A stretch of DNA of 63,046 bases, filler included, from Octopus bimaculoides (GCF_001194135.2; 4 parts of 4 records of this genome joined end to end with filler, not necessarily neighbours in it); one strand, 5' to 3'; counted from the whole stretch's first letter, positions 1 to 14,204 are shown. Notes: generated from the letters alone by a model not told the origin. Numbers and translations: made by a program.

Positions 1-48
<48 letters not shown>

Positions 49-68
49 GGGGCGAATAATATCTATTT

Positions 69-388
69 ATCTATTTGCCAGCGTAAAGTGGCAGTCCTGA
101 TCAGAACGATATTACTATCTAGTTTAGCCTCAGAAAAACATCATTTCCAGCTGGCTACCGATGCACAGTTGTGGCAGTATATAACTCGAACAAGTCCTGT
201 TGCTGATATCTCTAAACAACGGTTACCTTGCGCCAATGAAGAGAAAAAAACAGGCACGGTTTAAGGTTGAGTAGGAACATTAGCTCTCTTGTTCGAGGTA
301 TTAGGACGCAGTTGTTTGTCGGTAGCCAGCTGGAAAAATTGTTTTCCTGGGGCTTATCAGGACTGCTACTTTTCGTTGTCAAATAGAT
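69..388. mobile_element. Degenerate foldback/MITE-like element with long imperfect terminal inverted repeats
   Basis: Left arm atctatttgccagcgtaaagtggcagtcctgat...tttccagctggctaccga...ctcgaacaag is mirrored by cttgttcgag...tcggtagccagctggaaa...atcaggactgctacttttcgttgtcaaatagat. Confidence 0.6.
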
Positions 389-1088
389 TTTACTTTGTAA
401 TACGACTACTACTTAAGACTATATATATAACCATATATTAACCTCTACTTACCCCCAAAGTCAGAGTATAATATTTTTTTCTAGTGTGAATATTCATGGA
501 GTAGTCTTCAACAGCCACCGTGGCTTTATTCCGACGATTACAAACATGTTTTATAATATTCTTCTTATTAAAGAAGTTATGGAAAACTTTTATAACAATT
601 CTCGATGCGATGCAGTTTTCTACGCAATAATATTTTATACAAACTTTCTATTATTTATAGGATTATTGAATATAAATATATGCAATATTATTTCTACATA
701 CATAACAGACATACACACACACACACACGCACGGGTATAATATCCAGATAATCTTTGTCGAGTTTCCTGTCTTTTGAAGTTCATAGTGTAAATATATTAT
801 CAAAAACACAAAAAATAATAATGACAAAGCATTAATCTCGATGCAGGACCGTAAGTGTCTGTCCCCCTGTTTGAATTATTTAATAAGCAAGCAAAATGTG
901 CTTCAAAATTGTGGGACTAGTGATGTAAATCAGACCAAAATGTAATATAAAATCCCAATTTGTTATGCAACCAAAAGTAAAGTGTATTACGCAACTACTC
1001 TGATGGTGCATTCAGATTTTGGGTGAATAGTATTTGATATATATTCATACGTACATACATACATATTAACATACATATATGCATATAT

Positions 1089-1164
<76 letters not shown>

Positions 1165-3239
1165 NNNNNNNNNNNNNNNNNNNNNNNNNNNNNNNNNNNN
1201 NNNNNNNNNNNNNNNNNNNNNNNNNNNNNNNNNNNNNNNNNNNNNNNNNNNNNNNNNNNNNNNNNNNNNNNNNNNNNNNNNNNNNNNNNNNNNNNNNNNN
1301 NNNNNNNNNNNNNNNNNNNNNNNNNNNNNNNNNNNNNNNNNNNNNNNNNNNNNNNNNNNNNNNNNNNNNNNNNNNNNNNNNNNNNNNNNNNNNNNNNNNN
1401 NNNNNNNNNNNNNNNNNNNNNNNNNNNNNNNNNNNNNNNNNNNNNNNNNNNNNNNNNNNNNNNNNNNNNNNNNNNNNNNNNNNNNNNNNNNNNNNNNNNN
1501 NNNNNNNNNNNNNNNNNNNNNNNNNNNNNNNNNNNNNNNNNNNNNNNNNNNNNNNNNNNNNNNNNNNNNNNNNNNNNNNNTATATATATATGCAATTATT
1601 GTATTTTTGCAATAGATAAGTCTACCTAATAATATTTTCCAAAATATATAAACGCAGCGCTGGTATAAACATTCTGCGAACTTTGTACATTATGGACACT
1701 GTTCTCGAAAATCATAATATTAACTATGACATATGCTTTACATTATCTGTTTTAACGTAGCAATAGAATGCGTTGGTATTGAGTAATATTTAATATAAGA
1801 ATGTCATATGAAGTGTCTGCAATAAATAGAATCAATAATAATTATTTCTATAGAAATATCGTTGACAATTTTCATAGGAAATTGCATTAACTCAGCATAA
1901 AACTGGTATTTTATTTTAGCAGCCCTGGAAGGGTGAAAGATAAAGTTTTCTTGACTATTGAAATTCTTAACAAAACCAAGACTAGGAATATATGTCGAAA
2001 GAATTTTTTCCAATACCACGATTAACATTAATTTATAAGAAGTTTACTCATAACACGAATAGCACTGTTGCGTCGGCAGTCGCATAAACTAAAGTAACAG
2101 AAACGCATGGGCTCTCGCAGTTACAATGTTTGGAGTAAATCCACTGATAAATCTAATCTACCTCCTGCAAAGGAAAGCTTTAACGTTAATAACTGGCCAT
2201 CGGGGGAGGATAAAAAATATGATGACAGAGTTAGTTATAATCGTTTAGATAGGATTACACATACACATATACACACTTGTATACATACCACCCACGCTTC
2301 CGCACTGGCCCCTACCTCTCCATATATATNNNNNNNNNNNNNNNNNNNNNNNNNNNNNNNNNNNNNNNNNNNNNNNNNNNNNNNNNNNNNNNNNNNNNNN
2401 NNNNNNNNNNNNNNNNNNNNNNNNNNNNNNNNNNNNNNNNNNNNNNNNNNNNNNNNNNNNNNNNNNNNNNNNNNNNNNNNNNNNNNNNNNNNNNNNNNNN
2501 NNNNNNNNNNNNNNNNNNNNNNNNNNNNNNNNNNNNNNNNNNNNNNNNNNNNNNNNNNNNNNNNNNNNNNNNNNNNNNNNNNNNNNNNNNNNNNNNNNNN
2601 NNNNNNNNNNNNNNNNNNNNNNNNNNNNNNNNNNNNNNNNNNNNNNNNNNNNNNNNNNNNNNNNNNNNNNNNNNNNNNNNNNNNNNNNNNNNNNNNNNNN
2701 NNNNNNNNNNNNNNNNNNNNNNNNNNNNNNNNNNNNNNNNNNNNNNNNNNNNNNNNNNNNNNNNNNNNNNNNNNNNNNNNNNNNNNNNNNNNNNNNNNNN
2801 NNNNNNNNNNNNNNNNNNNNNNNNNNNNNNNNNNNNNNNNNNNNNNNNNNNNNNNNNNNNNNNNNNNNNNNNNNNNNNNNNNNNNNNNNNNNNNNNNNNN
2901 NNTATATATATGTATATATCCAAAGTTTTAAATTTTTACATTTAAGAAAGAGATTTGACGCCAATATCCATATCAATGTTATTTAATCCGATGTTAACAT
3001 TTTTGTATAAAGCTATATTTGACCGTCAAGTATAAGTGAAATATATAAGTTGCTATACACTTCTTCGGGGAATAACTTTTTAGAACAATCTTTTAGAACA
3101 ATAAAACAAATAATGAATAAATCAAACAAAAAATCAAAATTTGAAGATCCATACCGTATTTCTAGATATCTTCCATATTAAGTCTAGCGTTAAATGGCTC
3201 AATAGTTTTTTTGTCTCTTCTTAAAACTAAGTCCATTAA

Positions 3240-3870
3240 GGGGATGTAACCCCTTGCCATATTATATGAATCTGTCAATTTTTTACTCAAATTTCTATTC
3301 CAATAGTAATTAAATTATATTATCCTAAGAGCTATTTTAAAGCCCACAATTACTATTGGTAAATTGTACATTGATATGCCTACCTTAAAAGCTAATATTA
3401 TACTACATTGTACTATAAAATATGAATTATAAATAACCTTCAATTACAATAGGAATTATTATCTCTAGGAGCTTTTTCCAGAACCCACAGGTACTATGTG
3501 CAAGTTACATATTAATATATTAATATGGCCTGCTTTAGGACCTAATATTATACCCTATGCACTCTAGGTTATAAATTATAAATTATAAATTATAAATTAT
3601 AAACAATTTTCATCAGAATGGAGATCTATAGTGTATTATCCTACCTCTAGGATGTTATGCAAAACCCACAATTGCTATTTTCAAGTTATACATTTATATA
3701 GCCTGCCTTAAGATCTAATATCACACTATATTTTACTATAAGTTATAAATAACTCTCCATTATAATTGAATCCATACTAAATTGTGCCTAGAAGTTAATG
3801 GCAAAACCACAGCCGCTACTTGTAACTTTAATATTTTAATATGGCCTGCCTTAATAACCAATATTATATA

Positions 3871-3962
<92 letters not shown>

Positions 3963-4360
3963 ATTAATATTATTATTATTATTATACTACAATCAGTTTC
4001 AATATAGTAAACCTTCTCTTTATAAACTGCCCAATTTTATGCCTAAATATAGAATTGAGCTCCATTATTAAAAATCCTATTATTAGCAGATAATCTCGAG
4101 AATCTTAATGAAATATTTTAAACTAAATTATCAATAATACCCCTAAAATGGTTACTACAATGTACTATAGATTTTAGTCAATTCTCTATTATAATGGAAC
4201 TCAATACTCAATTGTCACTAGAAGTTATAGTAAAGACTACAACTGTTATTGGTAAATTATATACTAATGTGGCCTACTTTAAGACCTAAACTTATATTGC
4301 AATTTACTATAAATTATATCTAATCTTCAACTACCATGGGAATCTATACTATATTATCTT
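3240..4360. repeat. Degenerate ~141-bp tandem repeat interrupted by (ATT)n and (ATAAATT)n
   Basis: Recurrent motif ccaca...tatggcctgcctta...ctaatatt...ttataaataac; unit starts near 3340, 3481, 3661 and 3802. Confidence 0.55.
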
Positions 4361-4417
4361 TAGATATATATATATATATATACACACATATATATATATG
4401 TATATTTATATATATGT

Positions 4418-4473
<56 letters not shown>

Positions 4474-4526
4474 CACACATACATACATTACTTACATGCA
4501 TGTATGTGTGTATGTGTGTTCTGCTG

Positions 4527-4760
4527 GTGAAGGTGCGTGGACTTGGAGTGAGTTGTATTGCACTCACGGTCATGAGGCTGTAGTTTCAATTCTTAGAACC
4601 GCTGGGTGTTGTGTTCTTGAGAAAATATCTTTATTTCACGTTGATCATGACCACTCACCTGTAAGTGGGTGATTTTGTGATGTAGTAGCCTTTCCGTTAG
4701 GGGAAACGTTGGCCTGATGATCCAGGCACCGAGTTGCACTCATTCGAAAAGCAAACCGAA
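4527..4760 (+). mobile_element. tRNA-headed SINE (family C, CORE-like), degenerate
   Basis: Head followed by gttgtgttcttgagaaaatatctttatttcacgttg; homologous to the copies at 18780 and 50290. Confidence 0.6.
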
Positions 4761-4840
4761 GCAAAGTGCACTGTGAGCTGCTACGTATAACACCATGCGA
4801 GATTCTCCTTATTACTGTGATTACCGTGATATATAATTAT

Positions 4841-4972
4841 ACGACGGGCTTCTTTTCATTTTCGTCTACTTATCTACTAATATGTTGGTCCGAGGCCACA
4901 ATAAAATGATACTGACCGTGGTGTGGGACTGAACCTGGAATGATATGGTTGAGATACAAACTTCTTACCACA
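4841..4972 (-). mobile_element. SINE family B, 5' part
   Basis: acgacgggcttc...gtgggactgaacctggaa...cttcttaccaca matches the head of the copy at 45814-46207. Confidence 0.65.
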
Positions 4973-5385
4973 AAGATTTGGGAAGCTTTCTCAGCAAATT
5001 CCTTGTGGATTTAATTCTTTACGATGTGGCATGTGACATTTATCTTCAGTAACTCTTTTGTATCACACTTTAATTAATCCATTATAGATTGTCATCGTCA
5101 TAAAAAAAAATTACTTGAAGTCATGCCAACTCATTATTGAATTCCTACTTATCAGTAAATTAACGAAGTGTTGAAAGTAATTACATATATTCTTATTTAA
5201 AGATACTCAGTGTAATATATTGAGATGCTTTCGCTTGTTAATTTCCATATACATACAGAAGTGCGCATATAAGCATGCTTTCGTATATGTGTATTGAAAA
5301 CATATGCATTTTTATCTATCTATCTATCCCCCTCTCTCTCTGTCTCTCTCTCTATCTCTCTATATATATGCATTTAGATATGTTC

Positions 5386-5474
<89 letters not shown>

Positions 5475-5699
5475 ACATATATATTATATATATATATATA
5501 TTTATATATATACAAACACGTACACATTCATAAGTATATGCATACGTGCATATATGCATACAAACACACGTGCACACATATACACACACACACACACACA
5601 CTTAATATTGAGCAGTGAGAATGAGTGCTCAACATTGCATTGAGGGATAAATATTCTTTATATCTGGGTTAACAAGTCTACCATTGGTTTCATGCTGAG

Positions 5700-6200
5700 A
5701 GAAGATACATTAAGTGGTGGTGCGCTTAAAGTTAGCTATAATTGCCTCTCAAATATAGGGTCAATTATGCTAAACCACAATAACAGTAGCATTAGGAACA
5801 TCACCCCAATATTCTGTAATTGTCTCCAGACGGCTCTCACATGTAAAATAGATACATGGAAAAATAATTGTTGAAGAAGCTCAGCATTACGGATTTGAAC
5901 GGAACAATGAAAACAACGTTGGAATGAAGGGAAACACCTTCAAGGAGAAATATACATAGCATTTAGCTTCGTTCAGACAAACAACAAACGACGCACATCT
6001 TTATCCAATATCGTACAGACACGTAAAGAGAGAGACGTGAACGACACCCGGATAGAATGGAGCATTATAGGTTACGCCAGCAAATAAGATGGACCAAACA
6101 TTTATACTTCGAAATTTCCACCTACTTTGCCTCCGCTCCGATCTGGACATCAGTCGGAAGTTAAAAATCATCAGTTGTTTCCATGATCTATATACCCACT
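5700..6200 (+). pseudogene. Penelope-like element relic (RT-GIY linker and GIY-YIG endonuclease)
   Basis: Translates to KVSYNCLSNIGSIMLNHN...CNC and NVGMKGNTFKEKYT*HLASFR, resembling PLE motifs KxSYSCMPN and YxGxTxxxFKxRYxxHxxSF; stops and frameshifts present. Confidence 0.6.
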
Positions 6201-6343
6201 GTCGACTCCCTCATCCCCCTTTCTGCCGACACCCTCAGCCACTTTCTAACAGGCACTGCTCTTTGTTCTTTTGGCCTTAGACATATAAAGATTTGATAAA
6301 CTAATTTATATATATACATATATATACATACATACATACATAC

Positions 6344-6384
<41 letters not shown>

Positions 6385-6693
6385 NNNNNNNNNNNNNNNN
6401 NNNNNNNNNNNNNNNNNNNNNNNNNNNNNNNNNNNNNNNNNNNNNNNNNNNNNNNNNNNNNNNNNNNNNNNNNNNNNNNNNNNNNNNNNNNNNNNNNNNN
6501 NNNNNNNNNNNNNNNNNNNNNNNNNNNNNNNNNNNNNNNNNNNNNNNNNNNNNNNNNNNNNNNNNNNNNNNNNNNNNNNNNNNNNNNNNNNNNNNNNNNN
6601 NNNNNNNNNNNNNNNNNNNNNNNNNNNNNNNNNNNNNNNNNNNNNNNNNNNNNNNNNNNNNNNNNNNNNNNNNNNNNNNNNNNNNNNNNNNNN

Positions 6694-6720
<27 letters not shown>

Positions 6721-6724
<4 letters not shown>

Positions 6725-6902
6725 AGAGAAAAGAACCAAAGTTCATGAACTCATCCATGAAAATCCAGTCACATATAGAAAAAAAATTATAAGTATATAA
6801 ATTATAACACGATAAGTATAATAAAATAATAATAAATATAATAATAAAAATAATGATACTGTAGATTTTCATGGATGAGCTCATGAGTTCTTTTCTCTAA
6901 AT
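6721..6902. repeat. ~45-bp inverted repeats around an AT-rich spacer
   Basis: atttagagaaaagaac...catgaactcatccatgaaaatc versus gattttcatggatgagctcatgagttcttttctctaaat; a related sequence lies at 59672-59736. Confidence 0.65.
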
Positions 6903-7670
6903 TATATATTTATATATTATATACTGTGAAACTTAATTTAATTTTAATTTTTCAGAAATTGAATTTAACTGAGTTTTTACCTGTAAATTTGGATTTTTTA
7001 TCCTTAATATTATTATCATTATATATATATAATATCGGGTACATCAATAAAAATGTTCACTAGAGATTTCTTGAGTCGGCTTATGTACCGCTATATGTTC
7101 ATCAAATTCGAGAATGAGTAAAAACAAAGAAAGATTATTGAAAAGCAAAAAATTGAAATATGAACGTGAAAAGTATACATTCTATTTTAGAGAAAATGTC
7201 GTAATGAGCCTTCGCTGTTATAACTGTTATGAGAAAGAATAGGAAGAATTTGAAAGGAATATATCACTTAGACGAAAAAATGTTTGTGTTTGTGCTTAAA
7301 CGCACATATACATACAGATACATATATATAAGCACATATACATACGCGCTCACTCACGTTCTATTACTCATCATTTATTTATACCTTTTGTATAATTTCT
7401 CCATTATACATATATNNNNNNNNNNNNNNNNNNNNNNNNNNNNNNNNNNNNNNNNNNNNNNNNNNNNNNNNNNNNNNNNNNNNNNNNNNNNNNNNNNNNN
7501 NNNNNNNNNNNNNNNNNNNNNNNNNNNNNNNNNNNNNNNNNNNNNNNNNNNNNNNNNNNNNNNNNNNNNNNNNNNNNNNNNNNNNNNNCGATTGCCTCGA
7601 TAAGTGACGAGATGCCGTGGCAGGCTTCCGCCCCGACATCCGAATAAAACTGTCATACATTATATTAAAG

Positions 7671-7712
<42 letters not shown>

Positions 7713-7729
7713 TTGTGTGTGTATGTGTA

Positions 7730-7768
<39 letters not shown>

Positions 7769-8268
7769 AGATAGGTGCGTTTGTGTATATGTATGATATT
7801 TTGGGCGTGTACGGCTTATAACTACTTACGGACTGGTTTTTGTATATGGCATGTAGAGTATAAGTGTCACATCTATTTCACAACTATAGAAATAGCACAA
7901 ATCGATTGAGAAGTAACTGAACGCCGTCTCGAGTGTATATAAGTATGTTAAAAGAACGATATAACATTATAGTGGGAATCAATTTTGCAATGGATGCCAA
8001 AGGCAAGTGAAAAGAAGATATGTTTTACTAATTAGTAATCGGTAAAATCTATAAGTGTGTCGGAGCTCCAAGAAAATTACTTGACAGGGTCCCTTGAGGA
8101 AATCACGTTTATGCAGTTAATTAGTTATAGCCTTGAGCGAAGAAACTAGTCAGCAATAGTTCCGTATATACATATATGTATGCGTGTGTGTTGTGTATGT
8201 ATGTGTTTGTGCATAGGCATATACATATATACATATATATATATGTATGTTAGTATCCACGTGACCCT

Positions 8269-8303
<35 letters not shown>

Positions 8304-9050
8304 CAAACATCCACACTTTCATATGTATACATACATATACATATATAGATATATACACACACACATACACATTCATATATTACGTACATATATATATATG
8401 CATACATACACACGCACATACACTCACCTACACATATATATCTATGTATGTTTGTATGTGTGTATGTACGTATGTATGCCTGTATCTCTATATACAGACA
8501 AGTGTTAGAACTGATAACAGGAGTATGAGGAATGTAAGTATTATTGTAAACTGTTGTAGTTTGCCTGAGCGAATACGTTTTCTGATACGATATATAAAAA
8601 TACAAAAATAGAAAATGATAATCAAGTTAGAATATAGCTGAATAATGTGGTAAGTGACATACAAGGCAAGAATTTGTAATGCATTATTTTCGGGTAAAAA
8701 AAATTCCGTTCCTTAAAACTTATAGGTCTAAAGTCATTTGTATTCTATATTTTATTTTCTGCAGTAGGATGATGCTTAATCTACCGGATGATTCGATATA
8801 ATGGGTCAGAATACGTACGCACCACTAATTATCGGTATAAGGAAGAAAAGGAATATGTGTGTCCACAGCTGCCTTCACCCTTATATAGAAATACAGGAAT
8901 AGGGATCATGCACTCCACTCTGAAATTGTATTTTGTAGATACTCCTACTATTAACTTGCAATTTAATTTGTTAGAAACAGAAAAAATGTCCGCAGCATTT
9001 CAAGACAAGATTCATAATTGCCAATGATATACGAAATTTTTCCAATGACG

Positions 9051-9126
<76 letters not shown>

Positions 9127-9279
9127 NNNNNNNNNNNNNNNNNNNNNNNNNNNNNNNNNNNNNNNNNNNNNNNNNNNNNNNNNNNNNNNNNNNNNNNNNN
9201 NNNNNNNNNNNNNNNNNNNNNNNNNNNNNNNNNNNNNNNNNNNNNNNNNNNNNNNNNNNNNNNNNNNNNNNNNNNNNNN

Positions 9280-9318
<39 letters not shown>

Positions 9319-9550
9319 GCATATATATGTGTGTATATATATGTATACACACATACACACACAAATATATATATATATGTATGTATAAAGATAGATTAAA
9401 TTTAGACATATTCTATTGACAATCCAATACACACACAACAGAGTTATACTCTTTAAGTTTGTACCCTCACATTTATCCCCTTTCCCCTCGTATAGTGTTA
9501 ACCATCCCTCACCTCTAGTCCTTATAGTTTATAATACTTGTAAATAAATA

Positions 9551-9880
9551 TGTTGTAAAGCGGTCTTTTACTACCTTTGTATTTGTCTTTTGACGACGGT
9601 TGTCTCTCTGACAGATAATGCTACATCACGAAGTCATCGATAGATTGGTACTATCTGGCACTGTACGACCCTCAGTCGTACAGTGTTATAACTCAGTATC
9701 CACTCAATATCACAGTATAATTACTATATCAGCACACACACGACTATCAACACAATCTACAGTACTCACGACTTTCTGACCTTCTCCTGTCGACCGGCTA
9801 CTGGCGTAGTTATAATGGCTGGCTTCTCCTTTTTACAGGGAGGGGTGTACAATTTCAGTATACAACATCTCCCCTTTTAG
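9551..9880 (-). mobile_element. LTR (TGTTGTA...TACAACA, 9551-9867) with adjacent polypurine tract
   Basis: Perfect 7-bp terminal inverted repeat with TG...CA ends; tctccccttttag at 9868-9880 reads ctaaaaggggaga (PPT) on the minus strand immediately before the LTR. Confidence 0.7.
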
Positions 9881-10660
9881 TTATTTTATTTAACGATTAA
9901 TTTCCTTTTTTCACCCTACTTCCTCCCTTTATATATATATATATATATNNNNNNNNNNNNNNNNNNNNNNNNNNNNNNNNNNNNNNNNNNNNNNNNNNNN
10001 NNNNNNNNNNNNNNNNNNNNNNNNNNNNNNNNNNNNNNNNNNNNNNNNNNNNNNNNNNNNNNNNNNNNNNNNNNNNNNNNNNNNNNNNNNNNNNNNNNNN
10101 NNNNNNNNNNNNNNNNNNNNNNNNNNNNNNNNNNNNNNNNNNNNNNNNNNNNNNNNNNNNNNNNNNNNNNNNNNNNNNNNNNNNNNNNNNNNNNNNNNNN
10201 NNNNNNNNNNNNNNNNNNNNNNNNNNNNNNNNNNNNNNNNNNNNNNNNNNNNNNNNNNNNNNNNNNNNNNNNNNNNNNNNNNNNNNNNNNNNNNNNNNNN
10301 NCCAGCATATTAAAAAAATCCGAAGATTAAAATTATATTACATACACAAATAAGAGGAATGACCAGCAAAAGCGGACTCCTATATGCTAGAAATAGATGC
10401 CGAATCATCTAACCCCGAAGAATATGTTCAGTAAAATTTCAGCGAGACGACAGACTGTAAAAGGGCAAGACAAATGAAAAAATACTAAATAAAAAAAACG
10501 ATTAACCTACGTACCAATGGTTTCACCTGTTAATACTTACATAAGTAAGTATCTGCAGGATCATCAGCGTAGTGAGTCGATTTATAAAATAAAATTTCCA
10601 GAACTAGACACACAACGTTCACCTATGTCTGGTAGATTGGCGCCAATGTTTTCTGTCTGT

Positions 10661-10730
10661 ATTGGAAAGTTCGAAAGAACGGTGACGCCCTTGCCATTGG
10701 AAAGTTCGAAAGAACGGTGACGCCCTCGCC
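10661..10730. repeat. 35-bp tandem duplication (2 copies, 1 mismatch)
   Basis: attggaaagttcgaaagaacggtgacgccct(t/c)gcc twice. Confidence 0.9.
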
Positions 10731-10737
10731 ATTTACT

Positions 10738-11985
10738 TCATCCTCTGGATAGTGCCTGTAGCACTTATCATGGGATTCAATTTTGCAGTATTTACAAGCA
10801 TTCCAATGAATGTACTGCCTTGTCTGTCCTTTGTTATGACATACTCCTTTTCAACGATGACTGAGCAGCCAGGAACCACATGATCAATTGTCTATGAATT
10901 TTCCGCAAATTCTGCAGGAGGGGTCAGATCCATCTTTAAGGACGTTTGCATGGTAGTTTCTGGTAGGCAAGATCTGCTCTTGCGTTGCAATAACAAACAC
11001 TTTCTGTTTCCCCTTTCAGACAGGTCCCTTGTAATCATTGGTGCGTTAATCTTTTATCAATATCTGGCTTGGACACACGGCTAGGGTATTTTCCATGCAG
11101 GAATTTACCTTTCCAGTCGTCTTCGATATTATTCATGCCAGCCTTGTTTGCTTTTCGTTTAATGTTTTTTTTGCATCAATGATAAGTTTGTTACTGCTTG
11201 CATCTCTTTGGTCTTTCTGATTGTTAGTTTCTAAATCAGGAGATATCTGTCAGTATTTGGGTGTCTTTAGTCATTCTATTTGCTAACTTGTAGGCCAAGA
11301 GACTTTTTAAATTTTGACTAAGCTTCATGACTGAAGCATGCTTGGAATCTCCACGCTTCAGAGTGGTTCGTAAGAGAACATCACTTGTATTAAGGTAAGT
11401 TTCAAGGCCTATTATTATTGATTTAAAGGATTGTTCGAGCTGCATCAGGCATCTTCTACCTATTTTTCTTGGGAGATAAATCCTGACTACATCTGAGTCT
11501 GGATGGTGCATTCGCTACCAAGTAAAGATTTTACGGATCATTCCATCCATATTCTGCATGTCAATGAGACTCCATTTAATGATACCGAAGCTATATGTGG
11601 TTACTGGCATGGCATTTAATTCTGAGTTTCGAACAATTGTTACCTTTCGGTAGCATTCCTTGCGGATTTTCTCTTTCATGTTAGAGTGTTCAATACCACC
11701 ACCTTCATTCCTTCCCAGATGTTTGTATCCTTCGGATTGGTTTAGGTGTCAAACAACTGTGGTAGTAGCAAGTTCTATATTGTCTGCCTTTATGAACTTA
11801 CCTGCCTTGAGAGTAGTCTTTGCACATTCATCAAGTCTGAATTCCATACCTATATAAGAACTGAATTCTTTGATAATATTCAGAAGCTCTTCCAATTCTT
11901 TGTCATTTTTGGCAAACAGTTTTAGATCATCCATATAGAGTAGACGATTAATTTTCTGGTCCGACATCTTATGTCCCCTTTTAGC
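10738..11985 (-). pseudogene. R4/Dong-clade non-LTR retrotransposon relic (RT C-terminal half to CCHC knuckle), truncated at both ends
   Basis: INRLLYMDDLKLFAKNDKELEELL, HHPDSDVVRIYLPRKIG, CRICG..TIDHVVPGC; the 5' end abuts a (TAA)n-type tract. Confidence 0.85.
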
Positions 11986-12024
11986 ATTATTCTATTATTA
12001 TTGTTGTAGTTTATTATTATTATT

Positions 12025-12587
12025 GAGTGAGAGAGCAGTGCATGCCATCAAAGTGACACTGGGGTAAAATATACGAAGCCCATTATACCCATCATGAATA
12101 CCCGTCTGATAAGGGTACACCAGTCACATGCATCACAACCATATGTGCGCGACATGGTGATCTCATGTCAAGATAAACAGCGCATGACCTCGCAGGTGGG
12201 GCCCAGTTAGAATTTTTTTCAGGTCGAGTAGCCCATCCCGCTCAAAAGGTCCCTGAATAAGGTTTGTTTAAGGATGTTGAGCAAAACACCCATGTTTCCA
12301 AAGGTGAATTATTCAAACCCCACAGAATTCCTCTCAACACATGGCTATGATGCGCCTCCTCCCACTACTTCTGCTCATGATCAGAGATGCACATATCATC
12401 AGTCACTAAGGGACATGCTCAACTGGTTAAGGTCAAACAACTGACAAGCAAATCTGTGGTATTAAGCAGAATATTTGCTGTAACCCATCTTTTTATACCA
12501 AGACAAAACAATGAAGATGATAAAACTTCCAATCGATTAAGATCAGAAGCCATGAGAGCTACTGTCTGGTACTGCATCCGGGCATTT
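12025..12587 (-). mobile_element. ~563-bp non-coding element inserted in (TTA)n, copy 1
   Basis: Highly similar to 12757-13276 with matching ends; microsatellite on both sides; no ORF. Strand inferred from the truncated copy. Confidence 0.75.
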
Positions 12588-12620
12588 ATTTTCATTATTA
12601 TTATTATTATTATTATTATT

Positions 12621-12668
12621 GAGTGAGAGAGCAGTGTATGCCATCAAAGTGACACTGGGGTACGAAAA
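12621..12668 (-). mobile_element. Short truncated copy (~45 bp) of the same (TTA)n-inserted element
   Basis: gagtgagagagcagtgtatgccatcaaagtgacactggggta is near-identical to the left end of copy 1 and is flanked by (TTA)n. Confidence 0.75.
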
Positions 12669-12669
12669 A

Positions 12670-12741
<72 letters not shown>

Positions 12742-12756
12742 GTTGTTGTTGTTGTT

Positions 12757-13276
12757 AAGAGAGCAGTGCATGCCATCAAAGGGATACTGGGGTACGAAGT
12801 CTAGTATACCCATCATGACCACCCGTCTGATAAGGGTACACCAGGCACATGCTTTACAACTATATGTGTGCGACATGGTGATCTCGTATCAAGATAAACA
12901 CGCATGACCTTTCAGGTGGGGTCCAGTTAGAATTTCCGGGTAGAGTAGCCCATATCGTTCAAAAGGTCCCTGAATAAGGAATCTTTTAAGGATGTTGAAC
13001 GAAACACGTTTCCAGAGCTGAAGTATTCTAACCTCAAAGTATTCCTCTTAACACATGGTTATGATCGTCCCCCACTACTCCTGCTCGTGATTAGAGACTC
13101 CCAAGGGAATACCCAACAGGTCAAGGTCAAGCAACTGGCAAGCAAATCTGTGGTACTGAGCAGAATATTAGCAGTAGCCATCTTTTGTAACAAGACAAAA
13201 CGTACATGATAACACTTCCAATCGGTTAAGATCAGAAGCCATGAGAGCCACTGCCTGGTACTGCATCAGAGCACTC
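12757..13276 (-). mobile_element. (TTA)n-inserted non-coding element, copy 2 (small internal deletions)
   Basis: Colinear with 12025-12587; ends gcatcagagcactc versus gcatccgggcattt. Confidence 0.75.
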
Positions 13277-13302
13277 ATTATTATTATTATTTCTATTATT
13301 TT

Positions 13303-13591
<289 letters not shown>

Positions 13592-14128
13592 TATATAGAA
13601 AGGATAGCATATACTTCAATTTCGTTTATATAGAAAGGATTGAGGTAACTCCTCCTGAAGATATAGAGTCAAAATTAAAAGAAGAGTGTCATTTGCTATC
13701 TCGTGAANNNNNNNNNNNNNNNNNNNNNNNNNNNNNNNNNNNNNNNNNNNNNNNNNNNNNNNNNNNNNNNNNNNNNNNNNNNNNNNNNNNNNNNNNNNNN
13801 NNNNNNNNNNNNNNNNNNNNNNNNNNNNNNNNNNNNNNNNNNNNNNNNNNNNNNNNNNNNNNNNNNNNNNNNNNNNNNNNNNNNNNNNNNNNNNNNNNNN
13901 NNNNNNNNAAGACACGCAAGATGTCGAAATATTGTTCACGAGATAGCAAATGGCACTCTTCTTTTAATTTTGACTCTATATCTTCAGGAGGAGTTACCTC
14001 AATCCTTTCTATATAAACGAAAATGAAGTAGATTGACAAATTTATTTTTTGAACCAGTGGAAGACACGCAAGATGTCGAAATATTGTTCACGAGATAGCA
14101 AATGGCACTCTTCTTTTAATTTTGACTC

Positions 14129-14191
<63 letters not shown>

Positions 14192-14204
14192 TATTATTAT
14201 TATT

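Noticed and set aside
7589-7645. Short GC-rich island after a gap
   Set aside because: Too short and not recognisable as an RNA gene, repeat or exon.
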